A DNA stretch of 46,586 nt, from the NCBI GenBank assembly GCA_964526765.1, contig CAZGMH010000002.1:3128-49713 (forward strand). Reading direction: 5' to 3'. The notes beneath the pieces are model-generated. The model was not told where the DNA came from and made no database searches. It saw only the letters and a program-made list of their open reading frames with translations. Shown here piece by piece: positions 29,048-39,191 of the stretch. The translations under genes and the position numbers were made by a program. The DNA comes from an uncultured Eubacterium sp. (GTDB lineage: Bacteria; Bacillota; Clostridia; Lachnospirales; Lachnospiraceae). How positions within the stretch are numbered: position 1 is the stretch's first letter; each line of letters opens with the position of its first letter.

Positions 29048-29099
29048 CAAAAGAACCGGACAAAACAATTTATGTGAATCGTTTTGTCCTGTTCTTTTG
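29048..29099. terminator. Long hairpin / probable bidirectional terminator
   Basis: CAAAAGAACCGGACAAAAC...GTTTTGTCCTGTTCTTTTG between the convergent araC and flippase genes. Confidence 0.7.
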
Positions 29100-29229
29100 C
29101 GCATATTATGAATTTGTCAAATTCCGTATTCCATGTTTTTGACATCCCGGGGCATAAACCATTTAGTATATTCTTAATATATCTGATATATATATTTATA
29201 CATTTGGCGTATGCTTATATATTTCTGCA

Positions 29230-30888
29230 CTATAATAAATGCAGCTTCTTTGCAATCCGTATCAGTAATGTCCCTTTCGGGAAGCTCTTTAATTCCTCTT
29301 CCGTCAATCCTTTAATCAGAAGCAGCGTCACCGCATATGTAATGACACCCACAAAAATAGCCGCTACCGTACAGATTGAATTGCGATGCAAAATCTGATA
29401 ACTTCCCAGATAAACCAGATACACAATCGCACCCATGATCACAGAAGCTGCCGCAGGTTTTACAAACGTCTTTACAACATTTGGAGTAAAGCCGGAATAT
29501 TTTTTGACGGAAAGAGCGTTTAATATGCACATTACAAGTGAAAAGACCACATTTCCGATAATAACACCGTAAATATTCCATTTCAGGACATACATAGTAA
29601 CCGCCATAGCCGCGATATTAATCGCCAGGGAAATCAACGCATTCCGAATCGGAATCCGCATACGGTCGATTCCCTGGAGAACCGCGTTAGACAGCGTAGA
29701 AATAGAATAAAATATAATGCTGATACCGCCCGCCTGAATCAGATGTCCCGCAAGCTCATCCGTGCCCGGGAACAAAAGCTGGACAACCGGATTTGCCAAC
29801 ATGATCATACCCGCAGTACAGGGCATTGCCACAACAAGGATAAATCGCAGGGATAAGCCGATTTTTCTGCGCACCTGGTCAGAGTCCCTTTTTGCAAATG
29901 CCGCAGCCAGAGTGGGGACGCAACTGGTCGCCAACGCTGTGGAAATGGAAATCGGTACATTTGTCAGCACTCTGTAATATCCCGAATAAATTCCCCACCA
30001 GGAAGAAATCTGGTCATTGGAATATCCCTGAATAACCGCAATATTTTTAAACAAACCCTGATCTACGATACTGACCAGATTATAAATGGTTGTGCTTAAG
30101 AGCACCGGAACAATCGTCATAATCAGAACTTTGTATATGGTACGATAGGACTCCGGACGGGTATTTCTGCGCTTTTTCTCCCGCATAATTGCTTTTTTCA
30201 GATTTTTGCGATATGCCATAAAGACAAACACACAAAAGGCAAGGCCGAATATAGCGCCGGCGCTTGTTCCAAGAGTACCGCCTGCCGCACCGTAAGCGGC
30301 GTCATAATGCTGCTCACTGCCCAATACGGATGCAATGCGCGCGCCATAACCAAACAGCACATAGGCTGCCCCTACACTGACTACCGCATTGACAATCTGC
30401 TCAATAATCTGGGATACTGCGCTGGGGACCATCGTGCCAAGTCCCTGAAAAAATCCCCGGATAACTCCCAGCACTGCCACAACGATCAAAGTCGGCGCCA
30501 ATACCCGGAGTGCGTAAAAGCTCAAAGGCGTCTTGAAAATCTGAGTCAGAAATTCTGCGCCAAAAAATACGATAACGCATCCTGCCGTTCCCGTCACCAG
30601 GGCAATTACCATTGCTCCTTTGAATACACGGCTGGCATTCTGTCTCTCACCTTTTGCAACCCGCGCGGAAACCATTTTAGAAACCGCCATTGGCAGACTG
30701 TAGGAAGAAATCAACAGCATCATGCTGTAAATCTCATAAGCACAACTGTAATAGTCATTTCCATATTTCCCGATAATATTGTTCAGGGGAATGCGGTATA
30801 TTAGCCCAATCACCCTGCTGACGATGGATGCTATTGCAAGAATAGAACCCTGTACTAAAAAACTGGTGTCACTTTTTTTCTTACCCAT
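29230..30888 (-). CDS. SpoVB/MurJ(YtgP)-like MOP flippase
   Basis: SRVIGLIYRIPL, LPMAVSKMVS, RGFFQG and SQIIEQ; polytopic membrane protein. Confidence 0.88.
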   Translation of the reverse strand: MGKKKSDTSFLVQGSILAIASIVSRVIGLIYRIPLNNIIGKYGNDYYSCAYEIYSMMLLISSYSLPMAVSKMVSARVAKGERQNASRVFKGAMVIALVTGTAGCVIVFFGAEFLTQIFKTPLSFYALRVLAPTLIVVAVLGVIRGFFQGLGTMVPSAVSQIIEQIVNAVVSVGAAYVLFGYGARIASVLGSEQHYDAAYGAAGGTLGTSAGAIFGLAFCVFVFMAYRKNLKKAIMREKKRRNTRPESYRTIYKVLIMTIVPVLLSTTIYNLVSIVDQGLFKNIAVIQGYSNDQISSWWGIYSGYYRVLTNVPISISTALATSCVPTLAAAFAKRDSDQVRRKIGLSLRFILVVAMPCTAGMIMLANPVVQLLFPGTDELAGHLIQAGGISIIFYSISTLSNAVLQGIDRMRIPIRNALISLAINIAAMAVTMYVLKWNIYGVIIGNVVFSLVMCILNALSVKKYSGFTPNVVKTFVKPAAASVIMGAIVYLVYLGSYQILHRNSICTVAAIFVGVITYAVTLLLIKGLTEEELKSFPKGTLLIRIAKKLHLL

Positions 30889-30902
30889 TTACAAACCTTC
30901 CC

Positions 30903-32015
30903 TTACTGTGCAGCTTCAAACTCCTCTTCGCTGGCAAAGAAAGCTATTTTTTCTTCATAAGTATCCTGTGTAATGCATACCCAGGTTTTTCCCTGATTAA
31001 TCGTAATCTCATTTCCGTCCTTATCAAAATATTTTGTAGGATCGCCCATGGATTCTTTCGACCAGGTAACAGGAATGGCTTTTCCGTTTGTAATATAATA
31101 TCCGGCGCCGCCCGCTGTCGTTTCAAACTCAAGATAACCGTTTTCATCCATATTATACCATCCGCAAATCTGGATGATAATATTCTTTACCTGAAGCTGC
31201 TCATCATTGGCGCCGTCAATCTGCGCCCCTCCGTACTGAAACCGGTTATAGAGGCCGGTAGAGCTGTCATATACGAACCACGGTTTATTTACGAGATATC
31301 CCGGTTTTACAACAACTGCATCCTCGCCATCCGTCAGTTGAATCTCATTCTCGTCATCCTGATTGAACTGATAATGCCCATAATAATTATCAGAATATTC
31401 CGTGTCATATCCCTTATACTCAATACCGGCAATAATGTCCTCGCCTGTTGTATAAGCATTGTGAGGCGCCTTGCGGCTGGAATCTCTGGAATACATTACG
31501 GCTGCAACGCCGCCGTCAAGACCGCTTAAATTATTAACATAATCCTGTTCCAATGTCTCCAGTGCATAAACTGCCTGTCCGTAATGACCATAAATTGCAT
31601 CAAACTCCAACGCCCAGTCTATATAATAACGCCGGCAGCTTCGTATAGACATGATTTTGTCCACATTGGCATAATCCTGAAAAATCGCCATCAGACGGGT
31701 CTCACTGCCCTCCACCGGAGCTTCATAGATTACATCTGCCTGGGAGATTCCGTATTGGGGCATTGCCACCTTCGAATTTCCCATCATAACTGCAAAAGGC
31801 CTCTTTCCCGCCAATTCCTCATCAATCCATTCGCCTGTCACATAGCTCCTTGCCATTCCCTCCGGCGTCACAGGTTCCTCCGGTTCTTCTTCCACCACGC
31901 TGACAGGTTCCGGTGAGGCGGACACAACCGGCTCTGTATCTTTTTTTCCGCATCCCGCAAACACAGATGCGGTCAATGCCCCGATTAATAAAATAACTGC
32001 TGTCTTTTTCATCAT
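30903..32015 (-). CDS. DUF3048 (YerB-like) lipoprotein
   Basis: FAGC lipobox; PQYGISQADVIYE, TRLMAIF, SIRSCR and RKAPHNAY. Confidence 0.85.
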   Translation of the reverse strand: MMKKTAVILLIGALTASVFAGCGKKDTEPVVSASPEPVSVVEEEPEEPVTPEGMARSYVTGEWIDEELAGKRPFAVMMGNSKVAMPQYGISQADVIYEAPVEGSETRLMAIFQDYANVDKIMSIRSCRRYYIDWALEFDAIYGHYGQAVYALETLEQDYVNNLSGLDGGVAAVMYSRDSSRKAPHNAYTTGEDIIAGIEYKGYDTEYSDNYYGHYQFNQDDENEIQLTDGEDAVVVKPGYLVNKPWFVYDSSTGLYNRFQYGGAQIDGANDEQLQVKNIIIQICGWYNMDENGYLEFETTAGGAGYYITNGKAIPVTWSKESMGDPTKYFDKDGNEITINQGKTWVCITQDTYEEKIAFFASEEEFEAAQ

Positions 32016-32032
32016 ATCATTCTCGCTTTCTT

Positions 32033-32530
32033 TTATCTTTTGATATTTAAAGCATTTAGAATCACACGCTGATGTTCTTCCATTACGGCGGCATCCTGGG
32101 ATACCATATGATCATATCCTATCAGATGAAGCATACTGTGTGTGATTAAAAACGCGTATTCTCTTTTTTCACTGTGTCCGTATTCCTCCGCCTGGGAGCG
32201 CACCTTATCTGCCGATATGACAATATCGCCGAGCATCACTTCGCCCGTATCCGGATTGACGGTATCCTCCCAATCGCTCTCAATACCCGAAAATTCTGCC
32301 GGAGCTTTAAAATCCAGCATCGGAAAGGATAAAACGTCTGTCGGTGCGTCAATTTCCCGCATTTCCCTGTTGATTTCCCGAATCATCTCATTATCCACAA
32401 GGGAGAGATTTACTTCCGCCTCATAGGGAAATCCTTCACAATCCAGGGATTTTAAAATCACTTTTTTTGCAAGCTCCCTGTAGTGAAAAGAAAAATCCGG
32501 TTTTACCTCACAAATTATATTGATCGTCAT
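32033..32530 (-). CDS. ybeY: rRNA maturation RNase YbeY
   Basis: PTDVLSF, LGDIVIS and HSMLHLIGYDH. Confidence 0.97.
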   Translation of the reverse strand: MTINIICEVKPDFSFHYRELAKKVILKSLDCEGFPYEAEVNLSLVDNEMIREINREMREIDAPTDVLSFPMLDFKAPAEFSGIESDWEDTVNPDTGEVMLGDIVISADKVRSQAEEYGHSEKREYAFLITHSMLHLIGYDHMVSQDAAVMEEHQRVILNALNIKR

Positions 32531-33540
32531 AACTTATCCTGCTTTCTTTTCTTGGTCTGACGACCCGGTTTTCCATTTCTTAACTGACGGTTTTCATATT
32601 CATCATACGCTTTTACAATTTTCTGGACCAGCGGATGTCTCACAACATCCTGACTGGTAAGCTTACAAAAAGCGATATCCTCCACTTTTTGCAGCACAGC
32701 CGCCGCCACATCCAGACCCGATTTTACGCCGGGCGCAAGGTCCTTTTGGGATGCGTCCCCGGTAACGACTACTTTTGAGCCAAAACCAATCCTTGTCAAA
32801 AACATTTTCATCTGTGCCGGAGTTGTATTCTGCGCCTCGTCAAGAATGATAAACGCATTGTCGAGGGTACGTCCGCGCATATACGCAAGCGGCGCGACCT
32901 CAATCAGCCCCTTTTCCTGATTTTTGATAAAGCTCTCCGCCCCCATAATCTGATACAGGGCATCGTACAGCGGCCGCAGATACGGGTCGATTTTGCTCTG
33001 TAAATCACCCGGCAGAAATCCAAGCTTCTCTCCTGCCTCAATTGCCGGACGGGTCAGTATAATCCGCCCCACTTCCCCGTTCTTGAAGGCGGTAATCGCC
33101 ATTGCCATTGCCAGGTAGGTTTTTCCCGTACCTGCCGGCCCGATTCCAAAAACAATCATCTTATCGCGAATCTGATCCACATAATCCTTTTGACCAAGAG
33201 TTTTTGGCTTTACTGCCTTCCCCTGAACCGTATGGCAGATAATCTCGTTATCTGCTTCAATCAAGGGATTCCGGTTGATTCTGCCGCACATATCCAGTGC
33301 ATAGGTCACATTCTGTTCGGTGATATCATTGCCCCGCCTGGAAAGCTCCAAAAGCTGTTCTAACACATGGCAGGCGCTTTCCACGTCAGGCTCCTCGCCC
33401 ATAATCTTTAAATTACTGTCACGGACTACCATCGTGACCTGCAAATATTTTTCAATCTGCTTCAGCCAGGCATCAAATTTTCCGAATACATTTGACATAT
33501 GATCAATCGGAATGTCCATCATCTGCTGCGTCAATCCCAT
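32527..33540 (-). CDS. phoH: PhoH family ATPase
   Basis: GPAGTGKT, LGFLPGDL, LAYMRGRT, DEAQN and VVRHPLV. Confidence 0.96.
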   Translation of the reverse strand: MGLTQQMMDIPIDHMSNVFGKFDAWLKQIEKYLQVTMVVRDSNLKIMGEEPDVESACHVLEQLLELSRRGNDITEQNVTYALDMCGRINRNPLIEADNEIICHTVQGKAVKPKTLGQKDYVDQIRDKMIVFGIGPAGTGKTYLAMAMAITAFKNGEVGRIILTRPAIEAGEKLGFLPGDLQSKIDPYLRPLYDALYQIMGAESFIKNQEKGLIEVAPLAYMRGRTLDNAFIILDEAQNTTPAQMKMFLTRIGFGSKVVVTGDASQKDLAPGVKSGLDVAAAVLQKVEDIAFCKLTSQDVVRHPLVQKIVKAYDEYENRQLRNGKPGRQTKKRKQDKL

Positions 33541-34762
33541 ATTCTGAAGTTCCTTCCTCCATATCCGCCGGACTTATGTCCTGAAATTTCTGTGCCGGCA
33601 CAGAAGCTTCCAGGCTGCCGTGTACAGATACGTCTGATCCGTTTTTATCTATAATAACACTATTTGACAAAATTTGAATACTGTTTTCTCTTAATTTTTC
33701 ACAATATAATTCAAGTTCATGCAGGGACTTTTCTTTTATCTCTTCATCCGTATATGTATGCCGGGTAATTTCATACTGCTCCTGCCTTGTAACTGCTATC
33801 TGAAAGGGCAGATAAAAATCTTCCCCGAACTTGACCGGATATAACACGGTCATGCTGTCCCATTTTTCCTCAACAGGCATTTTCTTCCCTATCAGCAGAA
33901 AATTTTTGTCAAAAATAACGGAACATGCATAGCTTTTCTTTCCGGTCGCCTCCGGCTGTTCATAGACAACGGGAAAATCATTTTGATAAGGCAGTGATGT
34001 TTGAATCCATACATCCGCATCGGCCCGGCAGTAATTACTGGAAGACACCTCTCCCGCGTCATCCATAATATCTACGCGCCCGGACACTAAAATATCCCCG
34101 GGTTCCACCGAATCGCCTTTTTCCACAAGGGGCGTTCCGCTTCTGACAACAATAGAATCTACCGTACCGGCATAATCCGCAACCAAATCGGCGGGGGCTT
34201 CCCCGCTGACCGTGCCGCCGGACGTTCCCTCCACCCGCTCCTGAACCGTCAGATAAAGCCTGGTTCCCGAAAGCCTGGCAGAAACCCATGTAATATCGTC
34301 AAACTGTTTGCGGAGCATTGTCTCAATTTCCTCACAATCCATGTTTTTCTTCAGGCTTGCATATCCCACGCCGGATTCCTCCAGAAATTTCAGGAGCACC
34401 TGATTGGAGTAAAAGGAATTTCCTGTGATTTCCACTTTCCACACAAACTGCGTCATCAGGAGCAGCAGGGCAAAGGCACAGCAGATACCACACAGAAAAA
34501 AGCGGTGCCTGCGGTAGCGAAACAGAAAAAACGGAAGGCCGCACCTTTTTGTAATACGGATACGTGTCCCCGTTTTTCTCAAAATCGGTTTCAGACGCCG
34601 GAATGCCTGCAGGCTGATGCAGAAAGCATATCCGTCCCCGGTGGGGGTTAAGTTCCAGAGAACAATATTTAAGTTACTGCACAGATTCAAAAAACGTTCC
34701 GGTGAATATCCATGAATCACCACATGCAGGTATCCCCGGAAAAATTTAATAAATTTAAGCAA
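33503..34762 (-). CDS. yqfD: Sporulation protein YqfD (stage IV)
   Basis: ERFLNLC, GLPF and GDILVSG; lies between yqfC and phoH; start taken at TTG 34762 (ORF track 34804). Confidence 0.88.
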   Translation of the reverse strand: MLKFIKFFRGYLHVVIHGYSPERFLNLCSNLNIVLWNLTPTGDGYAFCISLQAFRRLKPILRKTGTRIRITKRCGLPFFLFRYRRHRFFLCGICCAFALLLLMTQFVWKVEITGNSFYSNQVLLKFLEESGVGYASLKKNMDCEEIETMLRKQFDDITWVSARLSGTRLYLTVQERVEGTSGGTVSGEAPADLVADYAGTVDSIVVRSGTPLVEKGDSVEPGDILVSGRVDIMDDAGEVSSSNYCRADADVWIQTSLPYQNDFPVVYEQPEATGKKSYACSVIFDKNFLLIGKKMPVEEKWDSMTVLYPVKFGEDFYLPFQIAVTRQEQYEITRHTYTDEEIKEKSLHELELYCEKLRENSIQILSNSVIIDKNGSDVSVHGSLEASVPAQKFQDISPADMEEGTSEYGIDAADDGHSD

Positions 34763-34773
34763 AAGGCGTCCCC

Positions 34774-35055
34774 TCACATACCATATTCCACCCGGTCTAT
34801 ACACCCGGTAATCTTCATATCGTCATTGGTATAGTATTCGATTTTTAACGCTTTTCCGCATATTTCTATCTGACCGTGCTTCAGGGACAGACGAATCTTA
34901 TCTGTTCGATATTCCAGAATACCCTTATAATTCTCAATTGTCAAATCACTTCTTCCGGTGACTGTCACAATTGGTTCACCAAGCATTAAATCTTTGGGGA
35001 GCCCCAAACGATCCGTAACCTGGTGAACCATACTTTTTTTTCTCTGTTTTCTCAT
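34774..35055 (-). CDS. yqfC: YabP/YqfC family sporulation protein
   Basis: LPKDLMLGEP and IENYKGILEY; upstream of yqfD. Confidence 0.9.
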   Translation of the reverse strand: MRKQRKKSMVHQVTDRLGLPKDLMLGEPIVTVTGRSDLTIENYKGILEYRTDKIRLSLKHGQIEICGKALKIEYYTNDDMKITGCIDRVEYGM

Positions 35056-35060
35056 AATGA

Positions 35061-35089
35061 AGTATATGAAAAAAACAGATATTCTATGA
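35061..35089 (-). promoter_or_regulatory. Putative sigma-E promoter of yqfC-yqfD
   Basis: Minus strand TCATAG...CATATACT matches the sigma-E consensus; yqfCD is sigma-E dependent in B. subtilis. Confidence 0.55.
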
Positions 35090-35097
35090 ATTGTTAT

Positions 35098-38000
35098 TTA
35101 CAGTTTATCTTTGATTTCGGAATGCAGCTCCTGGAGGGATTTCACACTGCTGTTTCCGTATTTTTTCACGGATTTGATGCCGCTGATTGTCGCCTTGGCA
35201 GCCGCTATCGTCGTCATATACGGCACCTTTTTCTTGATTGCCGTTTTTCTCAAATAGCTGTCATCATCCTTGCTTTCCTGTCCGCTTGGGGTATTGATGA
35301 CCAGGTCTACGGAATTATTTGTGATCAAATCCAGCATATTTGGTCTGCCCTCCTGGAGCTTTTTGACCATTTCCGCTTTAATTCCCGCTTCTTCAAGTAC
35401 CTTGCAGGTTCCCTTTGATGCCATGATCTTAAATCCATACCGCTCAAAATCCCTTGCCACATCAATGACTTCTTCCTTATCTTTGTCGTTGACAGAGATG
35501 AGCGCCGTTCCGGACAGCGGAAGTTTTGTCTGGGTTGCCTCCTGGGCTTTGTAGAAGGCCTCTCCGGGATATACGGATAATCCAAGGACTTCCCCTGTTG
35601 AGCGCATTTCCGGTCCAAGCAGAGGGTCTACCTCCTGGAACATATTAAACGGGAATACGGCTTCCTTTACCCCGTAATACGGAATATTTTGTTCTTTCAA
35701 TTCCGGCACCGGAGACGGCCGCCCGGTCAGCTCGGAGGTCACAATGTCAATAGCGAGAGGAACCATACGGATATTGCATACCTTGGATACGAGCGGAACT
35801 GTTCTGGATGCCCGTGGGTTTGCCTCAAGCACAAATACCTTGCCCTTTTCGATTGCATACTGCATGTTCATCAGACCTTTGACATGCATTTCCTCCGCAA
35901 TTTTCCTCGTATACTCCTTAATCGTGTTTACATTTTCTTCTGAAATATATCTGGATGGAATAACACATGCGGAATCACCGGAATGTACGCCTGCAAGCTC
36001 AATATGCTCCATAACAGCCGGAACAAAAGCGTGTGTTCCGTCGCTGACCGCATCCGCCTCACACTCCGTAGCGTGTCCGAGAAAACGGTCAATCAGAATC
36101 GGGCGGTCCGGCGTAACGCCTACTGCCGCATTCATATATCCAACCATACTCTTTGCATCATAGACAACCTCCATTCCCCGTCCGCCGAGAACGTAGGAAG
36201 GACGTACCATAACCGGATAGCCGATTTCGTCCGCGATTTTCAGCGCTTCCTCCACATTCACAGCCATCCCGGATTCCGGCATCGGTATGTCCAGTTTGTC
36301 CATCATGGCGCGGAACCGGTCTCTGTCCTCCGCCAGATCAATCACAGCCGGAGCCGTTCCAAGTATCTTTACTCCGTTCTTTTCCAAATCTGCCGCCAGA
36401 TTCAACGGTGTCTGACCGCCAAACTGTGCAATAACCCCTACCGGTTTCTCTTTTTTATAAATACTTAACACATCTTCCAGGGTTAAAGGCTCAAAATAAA
36501 GCTTGTCGGAAGTATCATAATCTGTGGAAACTGTCTCCGGATTGCAGTTTACGATAATGGTCTCAAATCCCAGCTTTTTCAATGCCAGTGAAGCGTGTAC
36601 GCAGCAATAGTCAAATTCAATGCCCTGCCCGATACGGTTTGGACCGCCGCCGAGAATCATGATCTTTGGCTTTTCAACGCTTACCGGGTTTTTGTCCGGC
36701 GCATTATAGGTAGAATAATAATATGCGCTGTTTTCTGTGCCGCTGACGTGAACACCCTCCCATGCTTCCTCAACTCCAAGAGCAATTCTTCTGTTCCGAA
36801 TCGCATCTTCTGATATTTCAAGAATCTGACTTAAATATTTATCGGAAAAACCGTCTTTTTTCGCAGTAATCAGAGCTTCATCCGATGGCAGGCCGCCCTT
36901 GCAGGACAGCAGAGTTTCCTCTTCTTCCACCAGTTCTTTCATCTGTTCAATAAAATAGTGTTTTACCTTTGTCAGCTCATGAATTTCATCCACAGAAGTG
37001 CCCTTGCGCAGAGCCTCATACATGACAAAATGACGTTCGCTGGTCGGATGAATCAGCATTTTTAAAAGTTCTTCCTTCGATTTCCGGTCAAAGTCTTTTG
37101 CATGGCCCAGTCCGTAACGCCCGGTTTCCAGACTTCGGATTGCCTTCTGGAATGCTTCTTTATAAGTTTTTCCGATACTCATAACTTCACCCACAGCGCG
37201 CATCTGTGTACCGAGTTTATCTTCCACCCCTTTGAATTTTTCGAATGCCCAGCGTGCAAATTTGATGACTACATAGTCGCCGTCCGGCACATATTTATCC
37301 AGCGTACCATACTTTCCGCATGGGATATCCGCCAATGTCAATCCGGTTGCCAGCATTGCGGATACAAGTGCAATTGGAAATCCGGTTGCCTTAGATGCCA
37401 GCGCGGAGGAACGGGATGTTCTGGGGTTGATTTCAATAATGATATCACGGTCTGTCTTTGGGTCATGCGCCCACTGCACATTTGTACCGCCGATGACCTG
37501 AATAGATTCCACAATCTTATAGGATTTCTCCTGAAGGCGTTTCTGAACTTCTTCTGAGATTGTCAGCATCGGTGCGGAACAGAAAGAATCTCCGGTATGA
37601 ACACCGAGCGGATCAATATTTTCGATAAAGCAGACAGTAATCATATTGTTAGCCGCATCGCGCACAACTTCCAATTCCAGTTCTTCCCATCCGAGAATGG
37701 ATTCCTCTACCAATACCTGGCCAACAAGGCTTGCCTGAAGCCCGCGGGCGCAAACGGTTTTTAATTCTTCCACATTGTATACAAGTCCGCCGCCGGAGCC
37801 TCCCATTGTATACGCCGGTCTTAAAACGACCGGATAGCCCAGCTTATCGGCAATCGCCAACGCTTCCTCTACTGAGTATGCAACCTCGCTGCGCGCCATC
37901 TCGATACCAAGCTTTTCCATCGTATGTTTAAATTCGATTCGGTCCTCGCCCCGCTCAATGGCGTCTACCTGTACGCCGATAACCTGTACATTATATTTGT

Positions 38001-38325
38001 CCAATATCCCTGCTTTGGATAATTCGGAACATAAATTAAGACCGGACTGACCGCCCAGGTTCGGCAGCAATGCATCTGGTCTCTCTTTTGCGATAATCTG
38101 CTCAATCCGCTCCACATTAAGCGGTTCAATATAAGTCACGTCGGCAATCTCCGGGTCCGTCATAATTGTTGCCGGATTAGAATTTACCAACACAATTTCA
38201 TATCCAAGCTTTCTCAATGCTTTACACGCCTGAGTGCCTGAATAATCGAATTCACATGCCTGTCCGATAATAATCGGACCGGAGCCAATAATCAATACCT
38301 TATGAATATCTGTTCTCTGCGGCAT
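35098..38325 (-). CDS. carB: Carbamoyl-phosphate synthase large subunit
   Basis: GSGPIIIGQACEFDYSG, GGGPNRIGQGIEFDY, two ATP-grasp domains and an MGS domain; start at ATG 38325 after GGAGG. Confidence 0.98.
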   Translation of the reverse strand: MPQRTDIHKVLIIGSGPIIIGQACEFDYSGTQACKALRKLGYEIVLVNSNPATIMTDPEIADVTYIEPLNVERIEQIIAKERPDALLPNLGGQSGLNLCSELSKAGILDKYNVQVIGVQVDAIERGEDRIEFKHTMEKLGIEMARSEVAYSVEEALAIADKLGYPVVLRPAYTMGGSGGGLVYNVEELKTVCARGLQASLVGQVLVEESILGWEELELEVVRDAANNMITVCFIENIDPLGVHTGDSFCSAPMLTISEEVQKRLQEKSYKIVESIQVIGGTNVQWAHDPKTDRDIIIEINPRTSRSSALASKATGFPIALVSAMLATGLTLADIPCGKYGTLDKYVPDGDYVVIKFARWAFEKFKGVEDKLGTQMRAVGEVMSIGKTYKEAFQKAIRSLETGRYGLGHAKDFDRKSKEELLKMLIHPTSERHFVMYEALRKGTSVDEIHELTKVKHYFIEQMKELVEEEETLLSCKGGLPSDEALITAKKDGFSDKYLSQILEISEDAIRNRRIALGVEEAWEGVHVSGTENSAYYYSTYNAPDKNPVSVEKPKIMILGGGPNRIGQGIEFDYCCVHASLALKKLGFETIIVNCNPETVSTDYDTSDKLYFEPLTLEDVLSIYKKEKPVGVIAQFGGQTPLNLAADLEKNGVKILGTAPAVIDLAEDRDRFRAMMDKLDIPMPESGMAVNVEEALKIADEIGYPVMVRPSYVLGGRGMEVVYDAKSMVGYMNAAVGVTPDRPILIDRFLGHATECEADAVSDGTHAFVPAVMEHIELAGVHSGDSACVIPSRYISEENVNTIKEYTRKIAEEMHVKGLMNMQYAIEKGKVFVLEANPRASRTVPLVSKVCNIRMVPLAIDIVTSELTGRPSPVPELKEQNIPYYGVKEAVFPFNMFQEVDPLLGPEMRSTGEVLGLSVYPGEAFYKAQEATQTKLPLSGTALISVNDKDKEEVIDVARDFERYGFKIMASKGTCKVLEEAGIKAEMVKKLQEGRPNMLDLITNNSVDLVINTPSGQESKDDDSYLRKTAIKKKVPYMTTIAAAKATISGIKSVKKYGNSSVKSLQELHSEIKDKL

Positions 38326-38367
38326 TATTTTTCCTCCTGTACTATAAATATTATCATCAACGTTTTC

Positions 38368-38396
38368 ATTATACATGAAAAAAGATAGTATCGCAA
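38368..38396 (-). promoter_or_regulatory. Sigma-A promoter of carB
   Basis: Minus strand TTGCGA-N17-TATAAT. Confidence 0.7.
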
Positions 38397-38404
38397 CGAA
38401 ACTT

Positions 38405-38686
38405 TTACTTTAGTCCTGCAAAAAACATTTCGTAAAAATCGTCCTCTCCTGCAAGCATGGGAGAATTTTCACCGCCGCCGTTTGTACTGCGCTTCATCGT
38501 TGCATAAAATTCCTCTCCGGCTAAAACCAGATCCATCTCATAAATTTCATATCCCAACTCCCGGCATTTTGCGCAAAATGCTTCCAATGGGCTTGAGGCT
38601 TTTCGCGTTTCCAGTAGTTCAGACTTTAACGCCTCGTTATGCATGGCTTCTCTTTGTAATTTGTCCAGTAATTCAATAACATTCAT
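38405..38686 (-). CDS. Hypothetical protein (93 aa)
   Basis: AAGGAGG RBS, fills the gap upstream of carB, protein-like composition. Confidence 0.75.
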   Translation of the reverse strand: MNVIELLDKLQREAMHNEALKSELLETRKASSPLEAFCAKCRELGYEIYEMDLVLAGEEFYATMKRSTNGGGENSPMLAGEDDFYEMFFAGLK

Positions 38687-38797
38687 GCTCCGTTTCCTCC
38701 TTATATTCTGGTATCTCTTCAGTCCATATCTATATGCTTTTTGTAAATTTCTGACGGTTTCCCGTCCATGTCATTCCGTTTACCATGTCATTCAGTT

Positions 38798-38992
38798 TCA
38801 ATTGTTCACACTTAGTACCATACATTCATCTGATTCAATAAAACCACATTTTTTATACAGCAAACGTCCCGATTCCGTTGCATCCAAACTTATTTCCGTG
38901 ACGCCTCTTTTCTTTGCTTCCTCAATTAAAATCTTAATCATATGCATAGCTATGCCCTGTCTGCGGTATTGCCGGTTCGTGTATACATTCAT
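38798..38992 (-). pseudogene. C-terminal fragment of a GNAT acetyltransferase
   Basis: Starts at motif A (NVYT..YRRQGIA) and has LDATESGRLLYKKCGF; the N-terminal half is missing. Confidence 0.75.
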
Positions 38993-39191
38993 TTAAGTCA
39001 TTTTCTTTTTCATGTACGATAAAAACTCCTTTTATTAATAATTAGAGGATAATATTATGTGTGCATCCTCCAATCACACCATTTTTTCTCATAATACATC
39101 ATCCTTTCCTTAATATATTTATGAAAATGCCTAAGCATTGTCATACAAATAATGCCGCTTAAAGCCCTTTTTACATTTTCCCCATACGCCC

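Noticed and set aside
38354-38368. cre-like sequence TGAAAACGTTGATG in the carB leader
   Set aside because: The right half does not fit the CcpA consensus, so support is too weak.
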